Assembly (NCBI GenBank): GCA_019244185.1
Contig: JAFATB010000018.1
Span: 96,001-160,000 of the forward strand
DNA from: Acidobacteriota bacterium
GTDB taxonomy: Bacteria; Acidobacteriota; Thermoanaerobaculia; Gp7-AA8
DNA: 64,000 nt
Direction: 5' to 3'
Below are positions 28,143 through 41,582 of this stretch, in pieces. The notes beneath the pieces are model-generated. The model made no database searches. It saw nothing but the letters and a program-made list of their open reading frames with translations, and was not told the origin of the DNA. A program made the position numbers and the translations under genes. How positions within the stretch are numbered: position 1 is the first letter of the stretch; every line of letters starts with the position of its first letter.

Positions 28143-29339
28143 CTATTCGCGATACAGCAGGAACTCGTCGCGCACGCGGGCGAACTCGTGCAGGCCGTCT
28201 TCCCACTCGCGCACCCATGAGTCGATGTTGCCGCCGCTCTCGACCAGCTCGCGGTAGCGCGCGCTGCCGGCGAGGAGGTCGATGGCCAGGCGGTCGGACA
28301 CGAACTCGTACGTCTCCGTCCGCCACTTGAATTCGTCGGGGTTCTCGTCGCGCGCGACCTTCACGCACCAGAGGCCCGTGCGGTACGGCTCGAAGAGGCT
28401 GCGGTTGGTGACGTGCAGCTCCACGCCGCCGCACACTTTGCCGGCGTGCTTGTGGAACGTTGGGAGGAAGTAGTGCGGGCGGAAGCGGACGCCGGGGAGT
28501 CCGAGGTGATTGAGGCGCTCGGCGAACTTGAACGCGTCCTTGATCCACGGTGCGCCGAAAAACTCAAACGGGTGCGTCGTGCCGCGGCCTTCGCTGAGGT
28601 TCGTGCCTTCGACGAGGCACATGCCGGGATACACCGTCGCGGTGTAGACCGTCGGCATGTTCGGCGACGGGATCACCCAAGGCAGTCCCGTGTCGCCCCA
28701 CCACATCGAACGGCTCCAGCCCTTCATCGGCACGACGGTCAGATTGCACTCGAGCTTGTGCACGTCGCGGTAGTAGCGCGCGAACCAGCGTGCCAGCTCG
28801 CCCGCGGTCATGCCGTGGCGCGTCGGCAGCGGGAACATGCCGACGAAGCTCGAATACTTTTCCTCGCGGATGTTGCCCTCGAGGTGGATGCCGTCGATCG
28901 GATTCGGACGATCGAGCACGATCACCTCGAGTCCGAGCGCGGCCGCCTCGCGCATGCAGAGCGCCATCGTGTAGATGAAGGTGTAGTAGCGCGAGCCGAT
29001 GTCCTGGAGGTCGATGACGAGCGCGTCGAGGTTGCGCAGCACCTCGCGGCGCGGCGCGAGGTCAGATTCGTTTTTTCCGTACAGTGAATAGACGGGGAGG
29101 CCGGTCAGCGGGTCGGTCGAGTGATCGACGTGCGCCATGTCCTGTGCCTCGCCCCAGATGCCGTGCTCGGGGCCGAAAAGCGCGGTGAGCTTCCAGCCGC
29201 GGCCCGCGTGCAGCAGCTTCACGGCATGCTGCAGGTCGTGCGTGACGGCGCTTTGATTCGAGACCAGGCCGATGCGCTTGCCTTGAATGCGCCGCGGTTC
29301 CTGATGGATGAGCACTTCGAGTCCGGGTAAGACGTTCAT
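28143..29339 (-). CDS. DUF1343 / NamZ-like exo-beta-N-acetylmuramidase
   Basis: LFGPEHG, VYSLYG, DLQDIGSRYYTF, LDRPNP, RHGMTAGEL, PSPNMP, SEGRGT. Confidence 0.92.
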   Translation of the reverse strand: MNVLPGLEVLIHQEPRRIQGKRIGLVSNQSAVTHDLQHAVKLLHAGRGWKLTALFGPEHGIWGEAQDMAHVDHSTDPLTGLPVYSLYGKNESDLAPRREVLRNLDALVIDLQDIGSRYYTFIYTMALCMREAAALGLEVIVLDRPNPIDGIHLEGNIREEKYSSFVGMFPLPTRHGMTAGELARWFARYYRDVHKLECNLTVVPMKGWSRSMWWGDTGLPWVIPSPNMPTVYTATVYPGMCLVEGTNLSEGRGTTHPFEFFGAPWIKDAFKFAERLNHLGLPGVRFRPHYFLPTFHKHAGKVCGGVELHVTNRSLFEPYRTGLWCVKVARDENPDEFKWRTETYEFVSDRLAIDLLAGSARYRELVESGGNIDSWVREWEDGLHEFARVRDEFLLYRE

Positions 29340-29824
29340 GCGGGATGCTTCTCTACTTTCTCGCCGCCGAGGAGTTCCAGCGCGTGCGGAAGCAATTGCA
29401 GGACTGCTTCCAGATTCTCGACGGCGCCGCGCGGACTCCCCGGCAGATTGAGAACGAGCGCGTTCCCGCGGGTGGCCGCCTGCGCGCGCGAGAGCGCGGC
29501 CATCGGCGTTTTCTTCCGCGATTCCGCGCGCATCAGCTCGCCGAACCCCGGCACGAGGCGATCGCAGACGCGCATCGTCGCCTCGGGTGTCACGTCGCGG
29601 GCTGCGACGCCGGTGCCGCCGGTCGTGACGACGAGGCGGATGCCGCCGTCGATCGCGTCCGCGATCGCGCGCGCGATCGTCTCGATCTCGTCCGGCACAA
29701 TGACGACGTCCGCGACGTCGTAGCCGTTCGCCACGAGCAGCGCGCGCACCGCGGGGCCGGAGCGGTCCTCGCGCGCGCCGATCGACGCGGCGTCGCTGCA
29801 GGTGATGACCAGCGCGCGAATCAC
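29336..29824 (-). CDS. Molybdenum cofactor biosynthesis protein, MogA/MoaB family
   Basis: ITCSD, REDRSGP, TTGGTG...RDVTPEA, NLPGSP. Confidence 0.92.
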   Translation of the reverse strand: MIRALVITCSDAASIGAREDRSGPAVRALLVANGYDVADVVIVPDEIETIARAIADAIDGGIRLVVTTGGTGVAARDVTPEATMRVCDRLVPGFGELMRAESRKKTPMAALSRAQAATRGNALVLNLPGSPRGAVENLEAVLQLLPHALELLGGEKVEKHPA

Positions 29825-29863
29825 GCGCGCATTCTACGGCGCGGCATTAAAGTAGCGCCGCCC

Positions 29864-30903
29864 ATGCAGCGCACCGACTTCGCGTACGAGCTGCCCGACT
29901 CGCTGATCGCGCAGGAGCCGCGCGAGCGCGGCCGCTCGCGCATGCTCGTGCTCACGCCCACGGACGGCGCGCCGCGCATCGAGCACGATTCCTTCGCCAG
30001 CTTCCCCGAACGACTCGGCGAACGCGACGTCCTCGTCATCAACGACACGCGCGTCATCCCCGCGCGGCTCTACGCACGGCCGAAGGGGCAGATGCAGAGG
30101 CCGATCGAGTTCCTGCTCACGCGCGAGCGCGAGCCGGGCACGTGGGAGACGTGGTGCCGTCCGGCGAAGCGCGTGAAGCCGGGCGACGTCGTCACGTTCT
30201 CCGACGCGCTGCACGCGGAGGTTCTCGAGAAAGGCGAAGGCATCGTCGTGATCCGCTTCGACGGCGATCTCGACGAGATCGAGCGCCTCGGCGTGCCGCC
30301 GCTGCCGCCGTACATCGCGCGCGAGTCGCCGCGCGCGTCCGACAAAGATGCATATCAAACGGTCTACGCCGCGGCGCGCGGGGCGATCGCCGCGCCGACC
30401 GCGGGCCTGCACTTCACGCGGGAGATCCTCGACGCCATCGCCGCACGCGGCATCGACATCGTGCGCGTGACGCTGCACGTCGGCATCGGCACCTTCAAAC
30501 CGGTGAAGGTCGACCGCATCGACGAGCATCAGATGGACAGCGAGCGTTACGAGATCAGCGCGGACGCCGCGGCGCGACTCAACGTGGCGCTCGACGAACG
30601 GCGGCCGATCGTCGCCGTCGGCACGACCAGCGTGCGCACGCTCGAGAGCGCGATCCGCGCGGGCGACGGCCGCTTCGTCGCCGGCGCGGCCGAGACGTCG
30701 ATCTTCATCACGCCCGGCTTCGCGTTCCAGGCCGTCGACCGCCTGGTCACGAACTTTCATCTGCCGGAGTCGACGCTGCTGATGCTCGTCTCCGCGTTTG
30801 CCGGAATGGATACGATTCGCGCCGCGTACGCCGAGGCGATTCGGGAGAGGTACTTCTTCTACAGCTACGGCGACTGCATGTTCATCAGGAATCGAGGGGA
30901 TCG

Positions 30904-30907
<4 letters not shown>
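29864..30907 (+). CDS. queA: S-adenosylmethionine:tRNA ribosyltransferase-isomerase
   Basis: DFAYELP..LIAQ.P, NDTRVIPAR, PLPPYI, AAPTAGLHF, VGTTSVR, TNFHLP.STL, FYSYGD. Confidence 0.97.
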
Positions 30908-34344
<3,437 letters not shown>

Positions 34345-34365
34345 GGAGCGGCGGAGAGCCGCGTC

Positions 34366-35397
34366 TCAGGCTCGCTCGAGCAATCGCACGAGCCGGAGGA
34401 AGTTCGTCACGGTCTTCGCAGCGTCGAACGCCGGTCGTTGGGAGTACGTGAGGAATGCGTTGATCTCTTCGGCGACGGGGTGCTGCAGGGGCTCCGGGAG
34501 CGCGCCCACGGCGACCGTGTTCCCGGTGACGCGCAGGCCGATCGCCGTGAGGTCGGCGACGAGTGCTGCGCGACGAGCAACTGCGGTGGCCGCGAGCGTG
34601 CCACAACACCGGAGGTTGCTGACCGCCAATTCGCTCAATGGCTGCGCGCTCAGGGAGAAGGGGTCGGCGTAGGAGTTGATGTCGCTTGCCGACATGCCGA
34701 TCGCCATCAGAAAATTTCGAAGAACGCGCGGCAATGCGCGCTCGGGCGGCTCCGCCCCCGCCAGCTCGACGTAGACCGCCGCCGGAGCCTCGGCCGCAGC
34801 CGCTCCGCCTGGGCCTGCGCCATGCGCTGGCCCGCGCGGGGCAGAGCTGAAGCAACTGGTGATTGCCTTCCACAGCCAGCCGCAGAGTGGCTGTACAGGT
34901 TCGGCGGATCCACGCGCCACGTGCGGCCGGATCGCCGGCGCATGCATGGACCATCTCTGCGCCATCCGCTCCGCTTCGGCTTCGAGCATCTGATCCTGAA
35001 CGATCGCCGTCCCGGATCCGAATGGGTTGCGTACGCGTCCGGTGCGTTGCTGCACGACGTGCGCGAGCTCGTGCACGAGGATCTGTGGGCCGCGCGACGC
35101 GAATGCATGCGAACCGTGCGAAGTCACATGAATCTGCGATCCCTGCGTGAACGCAATCGCGCCCATGGCGGCCGCTTGGGGACACGCATGGACGCGGACG
35201 TCGCTGAAGCCGGCGCCGAAGAACGACTCCATGGCCTGGCGCACAGTGCCGGGCAGGAACATGCCGGCGCCGCAGTGATGAACGAAGTTCCCACCGAGCT
35301 TCGTGGCCGTGCCGTTCTGCAGGCGCTGAATGGTGGCGTTGTGTTGCTGCCGCAGCCCATGAGGGAAGAACCCCTGAAGCACCGTTCCGGCCTGCAT
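34366..35397 (-). CDS. DUF4157 (eCIS core domain) protein with variable C-terminus
   Basis: LP..VRQAMESFFGA.FSDVRVH...AIAFTQGSQIH...HELAHVVQQR...LEAEA. Confidence 0.85.
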   Translation of the reverse strand: MQAGTVLQGFFPHGLRQQHNATIQRLQNGTATKLGGNFVHHCGAGMFLPGTVRQAMESFFGAGFSDVRVHACPQAAAMGAIAFTQGSQIHVTSHGSHAFASRGPQILVHELAHVVQQRTGRVRNPFGSGTAIVQDQMLEAEAERMAQRWSMHAPAIRPHVARGSAEPVQPLCGWLWKAITSCFSSAPRGPAHGAGPGGAAAAEAPAAVYVELAGAEPPERALPRVLRNFLMAIGMSASDINSYADPFSLSAQPLSELAVSNLRCCGTLAATAVARRAALVADLTAIGLRVTGNTVAVGALPEPLQHPVAEEINAFLTYSQRPAFDAAKTVTNFLRLVRLLERA

Positions 35398-35458
35398 GAA
35401 AAAAGTATAGGAGCATGGGCCGGCGAACGCGAATTCGCGACATCCGGCACCGTCGCGC

Positions 35459-35776
35459 TTACCAGTACGTGGTCGTCACGGTGCAGTCGCCCGTGACGAC
35501 CGCCTGACACGCCATCCGCTCGCCGGCGGCAAATCGGTTCGCGGCGCCGAAGCGTAGCTCGATCGACGTCGGGGCGCTGAGCGCCTCGCTGCCTTCGACG
35601 ACGCGCACTTTGCAGCGCGTGCAGACGCCGACGCCGCCGCAGGAGTTGCCGAGGGGGGCGCCGGCGCGGCGGGCGACGTCGAGGACGGATTCGTTCGCGA
35701 GGGCAGCTGCGGTGATGCCGAGGGGCGCGAACGTCACGAGTCTTGACGGGCTGTTCACCGCGAATTCATCGGACAA
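35459..35776 (-). CDS. 2Fe-2S ferredoxin-domain protein
   Basis: SCGGVGVCTRC...ERMACQ; start uncertain (TTG 35776 or GTG 35758). Confidence 0.88.
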   Translation of the reverse strand: MSDEFAVNSPSRLVTFAPLGITAAALANESVLDVARRAGAPLGNSCGGVGVCTRCKVRVVEGSEALSAPTSIELRFGAANRFAAGERMACQAVVTGDCTVTTTYW

Positions 35777-35813
35777 AAGAAAACTTTCGACCGTTTCCGA
35801 CGTCTATTACAGC

Positions 35814-36155
35814 ATGAACACCCAGACACTGAACCAGACGGACAGCATCGACGAAACGCGCATTGCCGAAGCGATCGTGAGCGTGCTTCCCGACGGGGTC
35901 GTGCGCGAGCTGTCGGGCGAGCGCCGCTCGATCCGCTTCGCCGTGCGCGCGGCGGGTCTCAAGCTGCGGACGATCGTGCTGAGCCGCGCCTCGCTGCGCA
36001 AGCTCATCGCCGATCCCGCGCGCGACGTGAAGATCGAGTACCTGCAGCGCGACCTCGCCGCGACGGCCGTGCGTCGCTGCGAATACCGCTACCCGCGCGT
36101 GACGCGCGTCCCGGCCTTTCAGGCGGCGGCGCGGCCGTTCGCCTTCGCTGGCTGA
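35814..36155 (+). CDS. Hypothetical protein
   Basis: ATG 35814, host-like codon usage, divergent from the ferredoxin gene. Confidence 0.6.
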   Translation: MNTQTLNQTDSIDETRIAEAIVSVLPDGVVRELSGERRSIRFAVRAAGLKLRTIVLSRASLRKLIADPARDVKIEYLQRDLAATAVRRCEYRYPRVTRVPAFQAAARPFAFAG

Positions 36156-36209
36156 CGATTCGACGGTCGGCCTCTTGCTTTTCCGTCGATTCGACGCCAT
36201 ATTGCGAAT

Positions 36210-36704
36210 ATGGCTGTCGAGTTGGATGAGCTGGACCTTCGCATCGTCAACCTGCTTCTCCGCGACGCGCGCACTCCCGCCGCGCAGATCGCCGAGCAGA
36301 TCGGCCTCTCCCGCCCTGCCGTCGCCGACCGTCTCGACAAGCTCGAACGGCAGGGCGTGATCCGCGGCACGACCGCGGTCGTCGATCCCGTGGCGCTGGG
36401 ACGCACGATCACCGCGTTCATCTCCGCGCGCGCGACGACGCTCGGCACCGCCGCGTGGAAGAAGTTCCGCGAAGTCATGCAGCGCGACGAGGTGCTCGAA
36501 GTGCACACCGTCGCCGGCGACGACTGCTATCTGATGAAGGTCCGCGCGGAGTCGATCGGCGCGCTGAACACGCTCGTGCAGCAGCTCACGACCCCGCCGC
36601 TCTCGCTCTCCACGCGCACGACCATTGTGATGGAAACGCATTGCGAGAAGGTCGGCGGCATCAACCTCGGCGGCGCCACGGCGGCGAAGGAGGCCACCCG
36701 ATGA
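36210..36704 (+). CDS. Lrp/AsnC-family transcriptional regulator
   Basis: LDELDLRI..LL.RDAR....IAEQIGLS...V..R..KLE..GVI; EVHTVAGDDCYLMKV. Confidence 0.93.
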   Translation: MAVELDELDLRIVNLLLRDARTPAAQIAEQIGLSRPAVADRLDKLERQGVIRGTTAVVDPVALGRTITAFISARATTLGTAAWKKFREVMQRDEVLEVHTVAGDDCYLMKVRAESIGALNTLVQQLTTPPLSLSTRTTIVMETHCEKVGGINLGGATAAKEATR

Positions 36705-37639
36705 ACCACGGACGCGGACTCGCTTACGCGGCCTTCGCCACGGTCTGCATCGTCTGGGGCACGACGTATCTCGCCATCCGCATCGGCCTCGAGACGATTC
36801 CGCCGCTGCTGCTCACCGGCTTCCGTTACACCGCGGCCGGATTGCTGCTGTTCACGATCGCGCTCGTGCGGCGCACGCCGATCCCGCGCGACCGGCGGAC
36901 GCTCGTCAACCTCGCCGTGTGCGGCTTCCTCATGGTCGGTCTGGGCAACCTCGCGGTGGTGTGGTCCGAGCAGTGGGTGCCGAGCGGACTCGCGGCGCTC
37001 CTCGTCGCCACGGCGCCGTTCTGGATGGCCATCATCGAGATGTTCCGCCGCGACGGCGAACGTCTCAACACGCGCGGCGTGATCGGCACGCTCATCGGCT
37101 TCGGCGGCGTGGCGCTGCTCGTCACTCCGAAAGGCTCCGGCGGTGCGTGGAGCACGGCGTTCCTCGTCGGCGCGCTCGTGATCCAGGTCGGCTCGCTCGG
37201 CTGGCAGCTCGGCTCGTTCCAGAGCAAGTACCACCTCAAGCACGTGCCGCTGCTCGCCTCCGCCGCGCTGCAGATGCTCTTCGGCGGCGTCATCGTGACG
37301 ATCGTCGGATTCGCGATCGGCGAATGGCCGCAGTTCGTCCTCACCCCGCGCACGTTCGCCGCGCTCGCGTACCTCACGCTCGTCGGCTCCGTCATCGCGT
37401 ACAGCGCGTACGTCTACGCGCTCGCGCACATGCGCACCACGCACACCTCGCTCTACGCGTACGTCAACCCCGTCGTGGCCGTCTTCCTCGGCTGGCTGAT
37501 TCTCCACGAGCCGCTGACGTGGCTGTCGATCGCCGCGATGGTGGTGATCCTCGCCGGCGTCGCGCTCGTGCAGTCGTCGTCGTGGACGCGCGCGCCGCGC
37601 GTCGCGGCGGCGGTGGAGACGGAGCAGCGTGCGGCGTAG
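36701..37639 (+). CDS. EamA/DMT-family transporter
   Basis: IVWGTTYLAIR, about 10 TM helices, YAYVNPVVAVFLG; AAGGAGG SD; ATGA overlap with lrp. Confidence 0.92.
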   Translation: MNHGRGLAYAAFATVCIVWGTTYLAIRIGLETIPPLLLTGFRYTAAGLLLFTIALVRRTPIPRDRRTLVNLAVCGFLMVGLGNLAVVWSEQWVPSGLAALLVATAPFWMAIIEMFRRDGERLNTRGVIGTLIGFGGVALLVTPKGSGGAWSTAFLVGALVIQVGSLGWQLGSFQSKYHLKHVPLLASAALQMLFGGVIVTIVGFAIGEWPQFVLTPRTFAALAYLTLVGSVIAYSAYVYALAHMRTTHTSLYAYVNPVVAVFLGWLILHEPLTWLSIAAMVVILAGVALVQSSSWTRAPRVAAAVETEQRAA

Positions 37640-37719
37640 CGGAGCGACGCCACGGGCGACGTCGCCCGCCGCGCGTCTCGAAAGACGTCGTGCACAACAT
37701 CGTTAGGTAGACTGCGCAC

Positions 37720-39177
37720 ATGACCTCCACCGCGATCCCCGCCCCTGCCACGACAGACAAGAACCGCACGCTGCGCGTCGGCGTCCTCGCCGGAGTCGGA
37801 ACGCTCGATCCGCGCGAGCTGGGGGACACGATCACCGGGCTCGTGCTCGGCCAGATTTTCGAGACGGCGTACCGCGTCACGCCGGCCGGCACCATCGAGC
37901 CGCATCTCTTCGCCGAGCTGCTTCGCGAAGACCGTGCAGGGTCAGAGCCTGTCTATTCAGCGGCCGTGCGCGAGGGGATCGTCTTCTCCGACGGGACTCC
38001 GCTCACCGCGCAGCTCGCCGCCGCGTCACTGGCGAAGGCAGGCGCTCTTCGCGGCCGCGCCACGGTCTCGGTCCGCGACGGCCGGGTGCAATTCGCGATG
38101 ACCGGTCCGAGCCCGCGATTCGAAAACGTCCTGACGCAGTGGAACTGCGGAATCGTCCTCGAGAAGGGCGGCACGCTGTACGGCACGGGTCCGTATCGCT
38201 TTCCGGCGGCGGTGTCGATGTATGCGCTGCGCGACGCGCGTGAGATGCGCCTGGTGCGCAATCCGAGCTATCACGGGAAGGCGAATGCGGATGAACTGAT
38301 CTTCGCCATTTATCCGCCGGACGCGGACGGCACGCCGGCGGCACTCATTGCCGCCGCGAAACAGGGGCAGTTCGACGTGACGCTTCACCTCGCCGCCCAC
38401 GATCTCATCCGCCACGCCATCTCCGGCTATCAGCCGATGATGCAGCCCGGCAACTCCACCGGGTTCATCTTCCTCAATTGCGAAAAGCCTATGTTCCGCG
38501 ACGCGTCGCTGCGCCGAGCATTTCGCGACGCGGTCGACCCGGTACCGATCGCGGAGATCAATTACGAGAAGAATCACTTCGCGTTTCTCGCGCGCGACAT
38601 CATCCCGCTCGTCATGGCCAAACCGGCCGGCATTACTCCGACACGCGACCGCGAGCTGTTGCGCAACCATCCGGCCAAGCCGGCGCGCATTCAGGCCGTG
38701 ATGCCATGGACGCCTCGACCCTACCTCCCGAAACCGCTCGCCTCGGCGCAGGAGATCGTCCGTCAGCTCGCCGGCTATGGCATCGACCTGCAATTGAAGC
38801 GGCCGCGGAACAGCGAAGAGACGTTTCACATCCTGGCGAACGGCGACTACGACATCGGCATCGGCGGCTGGGTTGCGGACAATCCCGATCCGACCGAGTT
38901 CTACGAATCGCTGCTGTCGTCGGCGCAGGTCTCGCGCAATGGCCAGTACCTTTCGAACCTGGCGCGCTGGAGCGACCCGGCGACGGACGCCGCGCTGGCC
39001 GCACTGCGCGTGAACCCGTCTGCCGCAAACCGCAAAGTGGTCACCGATCTCATCGAATCGCAAGCGATGATGGTGCCGCTGATCTACGGCGCATCCACCG
39101 CCATTCGCGCGCGCAAAGTGCGTGATTTTCACATCACGCCTTCGGGACACGTCTCGTTTGCGGACGTCGTGTTCTGA
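37720..39177 (+). CDS. Family-5 (OppA/DppA-like) solute-binding protein lacking a signal peptide
   Basis: TLDP, IFET, LFAE, VREGIVFSDGTPLTA, GTGPYR, RNPSY.G, GW.AD.PDP. Confidence 0.8.
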   Translation: MTSTAIPAPATTDKNRTLRVGVLAGVGTLDPRELGDTITGLVLGQIFETAYRVTPAGTIEPHLFAELLREDRAGSEPVYSAAVREGIVFSDGTPLTAQLAAASLAKAGALRGRATVSVRDGRVQFAMTGPSPRFENVLTQWNCGIVLEKGGTLYGTGPYRFPAAVSMYALRDAREMRLVRNPSYHGKANADELIFAIYPPDADGTPAALIAAAKQGQFDVTLHLAAHDLIRHAISGYQPMMQPGNSTGFIFLNCEKPMFRDASLRRAFRDAVDPVPIAEINYEKNHFAFLARDIIPLVMAKPAGITPTRDRELLRNHPAKPARIQAVMPWTPRPYLPKPLASAQEIVRQLAGYGIDLQLKRPRNSEETFHILANGDYDIGIGGWVADNPDPTEFYESLLSSAQVSRNGQYLSNLARWSDPATDAALAALRVNPSAANRKVVTDLIESQAMMVPLIYGASTAIRARKVRDFHITPSGHVSFADVVF

Positions 39178-39234
39178 GGGGATGTCGCCGGTGAACCGGC
39201 GCAAGGACGCGGGTCGCCTGTGGCGAGCGCCGTC

Positions 39235-40386
39235 TTATGCGTCGCGCCGGTCGGATTCCGTCTTGCGGTGACGGGGCAGACGTACGGTGAAGGCCGTGCC
39301 GGTGTCGTCCGAGGTCACGGCAATCGTTCCACCGTGCGCGATGACGATCTGCCGGGCGATGTACAGGCCGAGGCCGACACCGCGGCGGTGCGTCGATGCG
39401 CCCTCCGGGGCGCGGACAAACGGATCGAAAATCGTTGGCAGCGCTGACCGCGGGATCGGAGTGCCCTCATTGCCGACGACCAGAAGAACGTCGGATTCAT
39501 CGCCTCGTGCCGACACTTCAACGGGTGTTGTATCCGCACCGTATTGCACCGCATTCGCAACGAGGTTCGACACGACTTGCCGCAGCCGCGCCGCATCCCA
39601 TTCTCCGGATGTCGCGCCGGACGATTCGAAGCGCAGCGGCCGGTGCGGATAGGCCGCGCGAAACTCGTCCAGCACGTTGCGGCAAAGCTCCTGAAGGTCG
39701 ACGGGTGCGGCCGACACGGGCATTCCGCCGCCGAGGCGCGTGCGGGTGAAATCGAGCAGATCGTGGATCATCTCGGTCATCACCTTCGCGAAGCCCGACA
39801 TCTGCGACGCGATGCGCGTGTTCTCGTCATCGAGTTGCCCCGATCGCGCCAGCAGTCCCGATGAGACGACGATGGCATTGAGCGGGTTGCGCAGGTCGTG
39901 TCCCAGCGTGGCGAGAAAGAGCTCGCGGGACTCGTCGACGCGGTGCGTGTAGCTCTTCACCGCTTCCGCGAGCGATTGGTCCATCGACTCGTTGAAGCGG
40001 GTCACGTCGTGGAGATCGTGCTCGTCGGCGGTGCGGACGCTTTCGCCCCACAGGCGGAGGACGCTGGCGCGCAGTGCGCGATATTCGGAGACGACCTCCA
40101 AAAGGTCGAATCCCGAGCCGAGCCGCGCTAGCGCGTGCTCGTTGGATGCTCGATCGAGTCCGGCGCTTTCCGTTCCGCCGCCGCCGTACCCTTTCGATTT
40201 ATCGGCCTGCTGTTCCGCGGTCTGCGAGGAGACCATGTCCCGTGCCGCGACGCGGAGGATGTCTTCGGCGTGATCGCGAAGAGCGATGACATCCATGGCC
40301 GCGCCGGGAGCGAGACTCCGCGCGAACTTTTCCCATTCGGCGAGGATCGGTTCGATGTTTGTGAGGATGAAGTCGGCCAGGCGCAT
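39235..40386 (-). CDS. Soluble sensor histidine kinase with RsbRD_N-like N-terminus
   Basis: MRLADFI..N.E.IL.EWE.FA...HA.AR...GF....V.EYRALR; GHDLRNPL, NLVANA, GVGLGL. Confidence 0.88.
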   Translation of the reverse strand: MRLADFILTNIEPILAEWEKFARSLAPGAAMDVIALRDHAEDILRVAARDMVSSQTAEQQADKSKGYGGGGTESAGLDRASNEHALARLGSGFDLLEVVSEYRALRASVLRLWGESVRTADEHDLHDVTRFNESMDQSLAEAVKSYTHRVDESRELFLATLGHDLRNPLNAIVVSSGLLARSGQLDDENTRIASQMSGFAKVMTEMIHDLLDFTRTRLGGGMPVSAAPVDLQELCRNVLDEFRAAYPHRPLRFESSGATSGEWDAARLRQVVSNLVANAVQYGADTTPVEVSARGDESDVLLVVGNEGTPIPRSALPTIFDPFVRAPEGASTHRRGVGLGLYIARQIVIAHGGTIAVTSDDTGTAFTVRLPRHRKTESDRRDA

Positions 40387-40477
40387 GAATGAGCGGGGTT
40401 CAGCATACTTGAGCGCGCGATCGAATTCATTATCCGCGGCGCTCGATCGCTTTGGATTCGAGTGCCGACGCCCCTCG

Positions 40478-41434
40478 TCATCCCGCGCAACGCGCTTTCG
40501 CGGCGTCGCTGCGCAGCACATCGACGTAGTAGCCCATCAGCGAGCGCGTGAACTTTTCGTCGGCGTCGCTGAGGGGGCGGATGGCGGCGGTCCAGTCGTC
40601 GATGCAGCGTTGTTTCTCGTTCGTGCTGGCGGCGCACGAGACGAGGGCGTGATACGCGGACTGATACGCGGTGAACTGCTTGCGCGTCATGGGCGCTCCG
40701 TGGCCGGGGATGACGAGGTCGAAGTCGAGGGCGGCGAGGCGGTCGAGCGACTCGCCCCAGCGCGACGGGCAGGCGGTGTCGAGGAACGGGGCGGGGAGCG
40801 TGATGAGATCGCCGGAGACGAGGACGGAGCGGCTTTCGTCGAAGAGCCAGACGTCGCCGGCGGTGACGCTGTTCGTTTCGAGGCCGACGCGCAGCGTGCG
40901 TCCGGCGATCGTGCGCGGGCCGGAGCTGGTGATGACGACGTCCGGCGCGAGCTTGGTGCCGAGGTCGATCAGGTGGACTTCGGATTCATAGGCTGTGCGC
41001 TGATCGGCGTCCTGCGTCTCGGGGATCACGCCCTGCAATTGCTTTTTGTAATTCGCGAGGAAGCCGGTGAGCGCGCCGTTCAAGGCGTTGCTCGCGTAGA
41101 CGTGCACGTTCGGATACGCGTCGCGGATCATGGCGTTGCCGCCGATGTGATCGAGGTGCCAGTGCGAGTTGACGACGGCGGCGATGGGGCGGTTGCGCTG
41201 TTTCGCGAAATCGAGGATCGCCTGCGTATGCGCGACGTGGCGTCCCGTGTCGACGACGATCAGGCCATCGGTGCCGTCGAACACGATCGTGTTGCCGTCG
41301 GGCTGATGTCCGGGCGTGAACGTGCCGCGCAGCAGCCAGATGCCGGGAACGACCTCGTGCACCTGCGCGGCGGCACTCGACGCGAGTGCGCCGGCAACGA
41401 CGAAAGCGGCAAAGACGAAAGCGAGTCTGCGCAT
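40478..41434 (-). CDS. Secreted MBL-fold metallo-hydrolase
   Basis: Signal peptide; VVDTG, NSHWHLDHIGG, SGDL, IPGHG. Confidence 0.88.
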   Translation of the reverse strand: MRRLAFVFAAFVVAGALASSAAAQVHEVVPGIWLLRGTFTPGHQPDGNTIVFDGTDGLIVVDTGRHVAHTQAILDFAKQRNRPIAAVVNSHWHLDHIGGNAMIRDAYPNVHVYASNALNGALTGFLANYKKQLQGVIPETQDADQRTAYESEVHLIDLGTKLAPDVVITSSGPRTIAGRTLRVGLETNSVTAGDVWLFDESRSVLVSGDLITLPAPFLDTACPSRWGESLDRLAALDFDLVIPGHGAPMTRKQFTAYQSAYHALVSCAASTNEKQRCIDDWTAAIRPLSDADEKFTRSLMGYYVDVLRSDAAKARCAG

Positions 41435-41582
41435 GCGCCGGATCATACGCAGCGCACGCGCGTCCGCCGCGCGCCGTGACAGGAACGTTGCGTGGGCGAC
41501 ACCCGCGCAGTAACGCCAAAGCCGGCGATGCGCGCAACGCCTGAAGAAGCCTGGGGCGACCCGCGCAGCCGGCCGGGCCGGC

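Noticed and set aside
41485-41582. Short repeated gggcgac..ccgcgcag hairpin sequences
   Set aside because: Two degenerate short copies with no other match noticed; likely a terminator-like intergenic structure, not an array.
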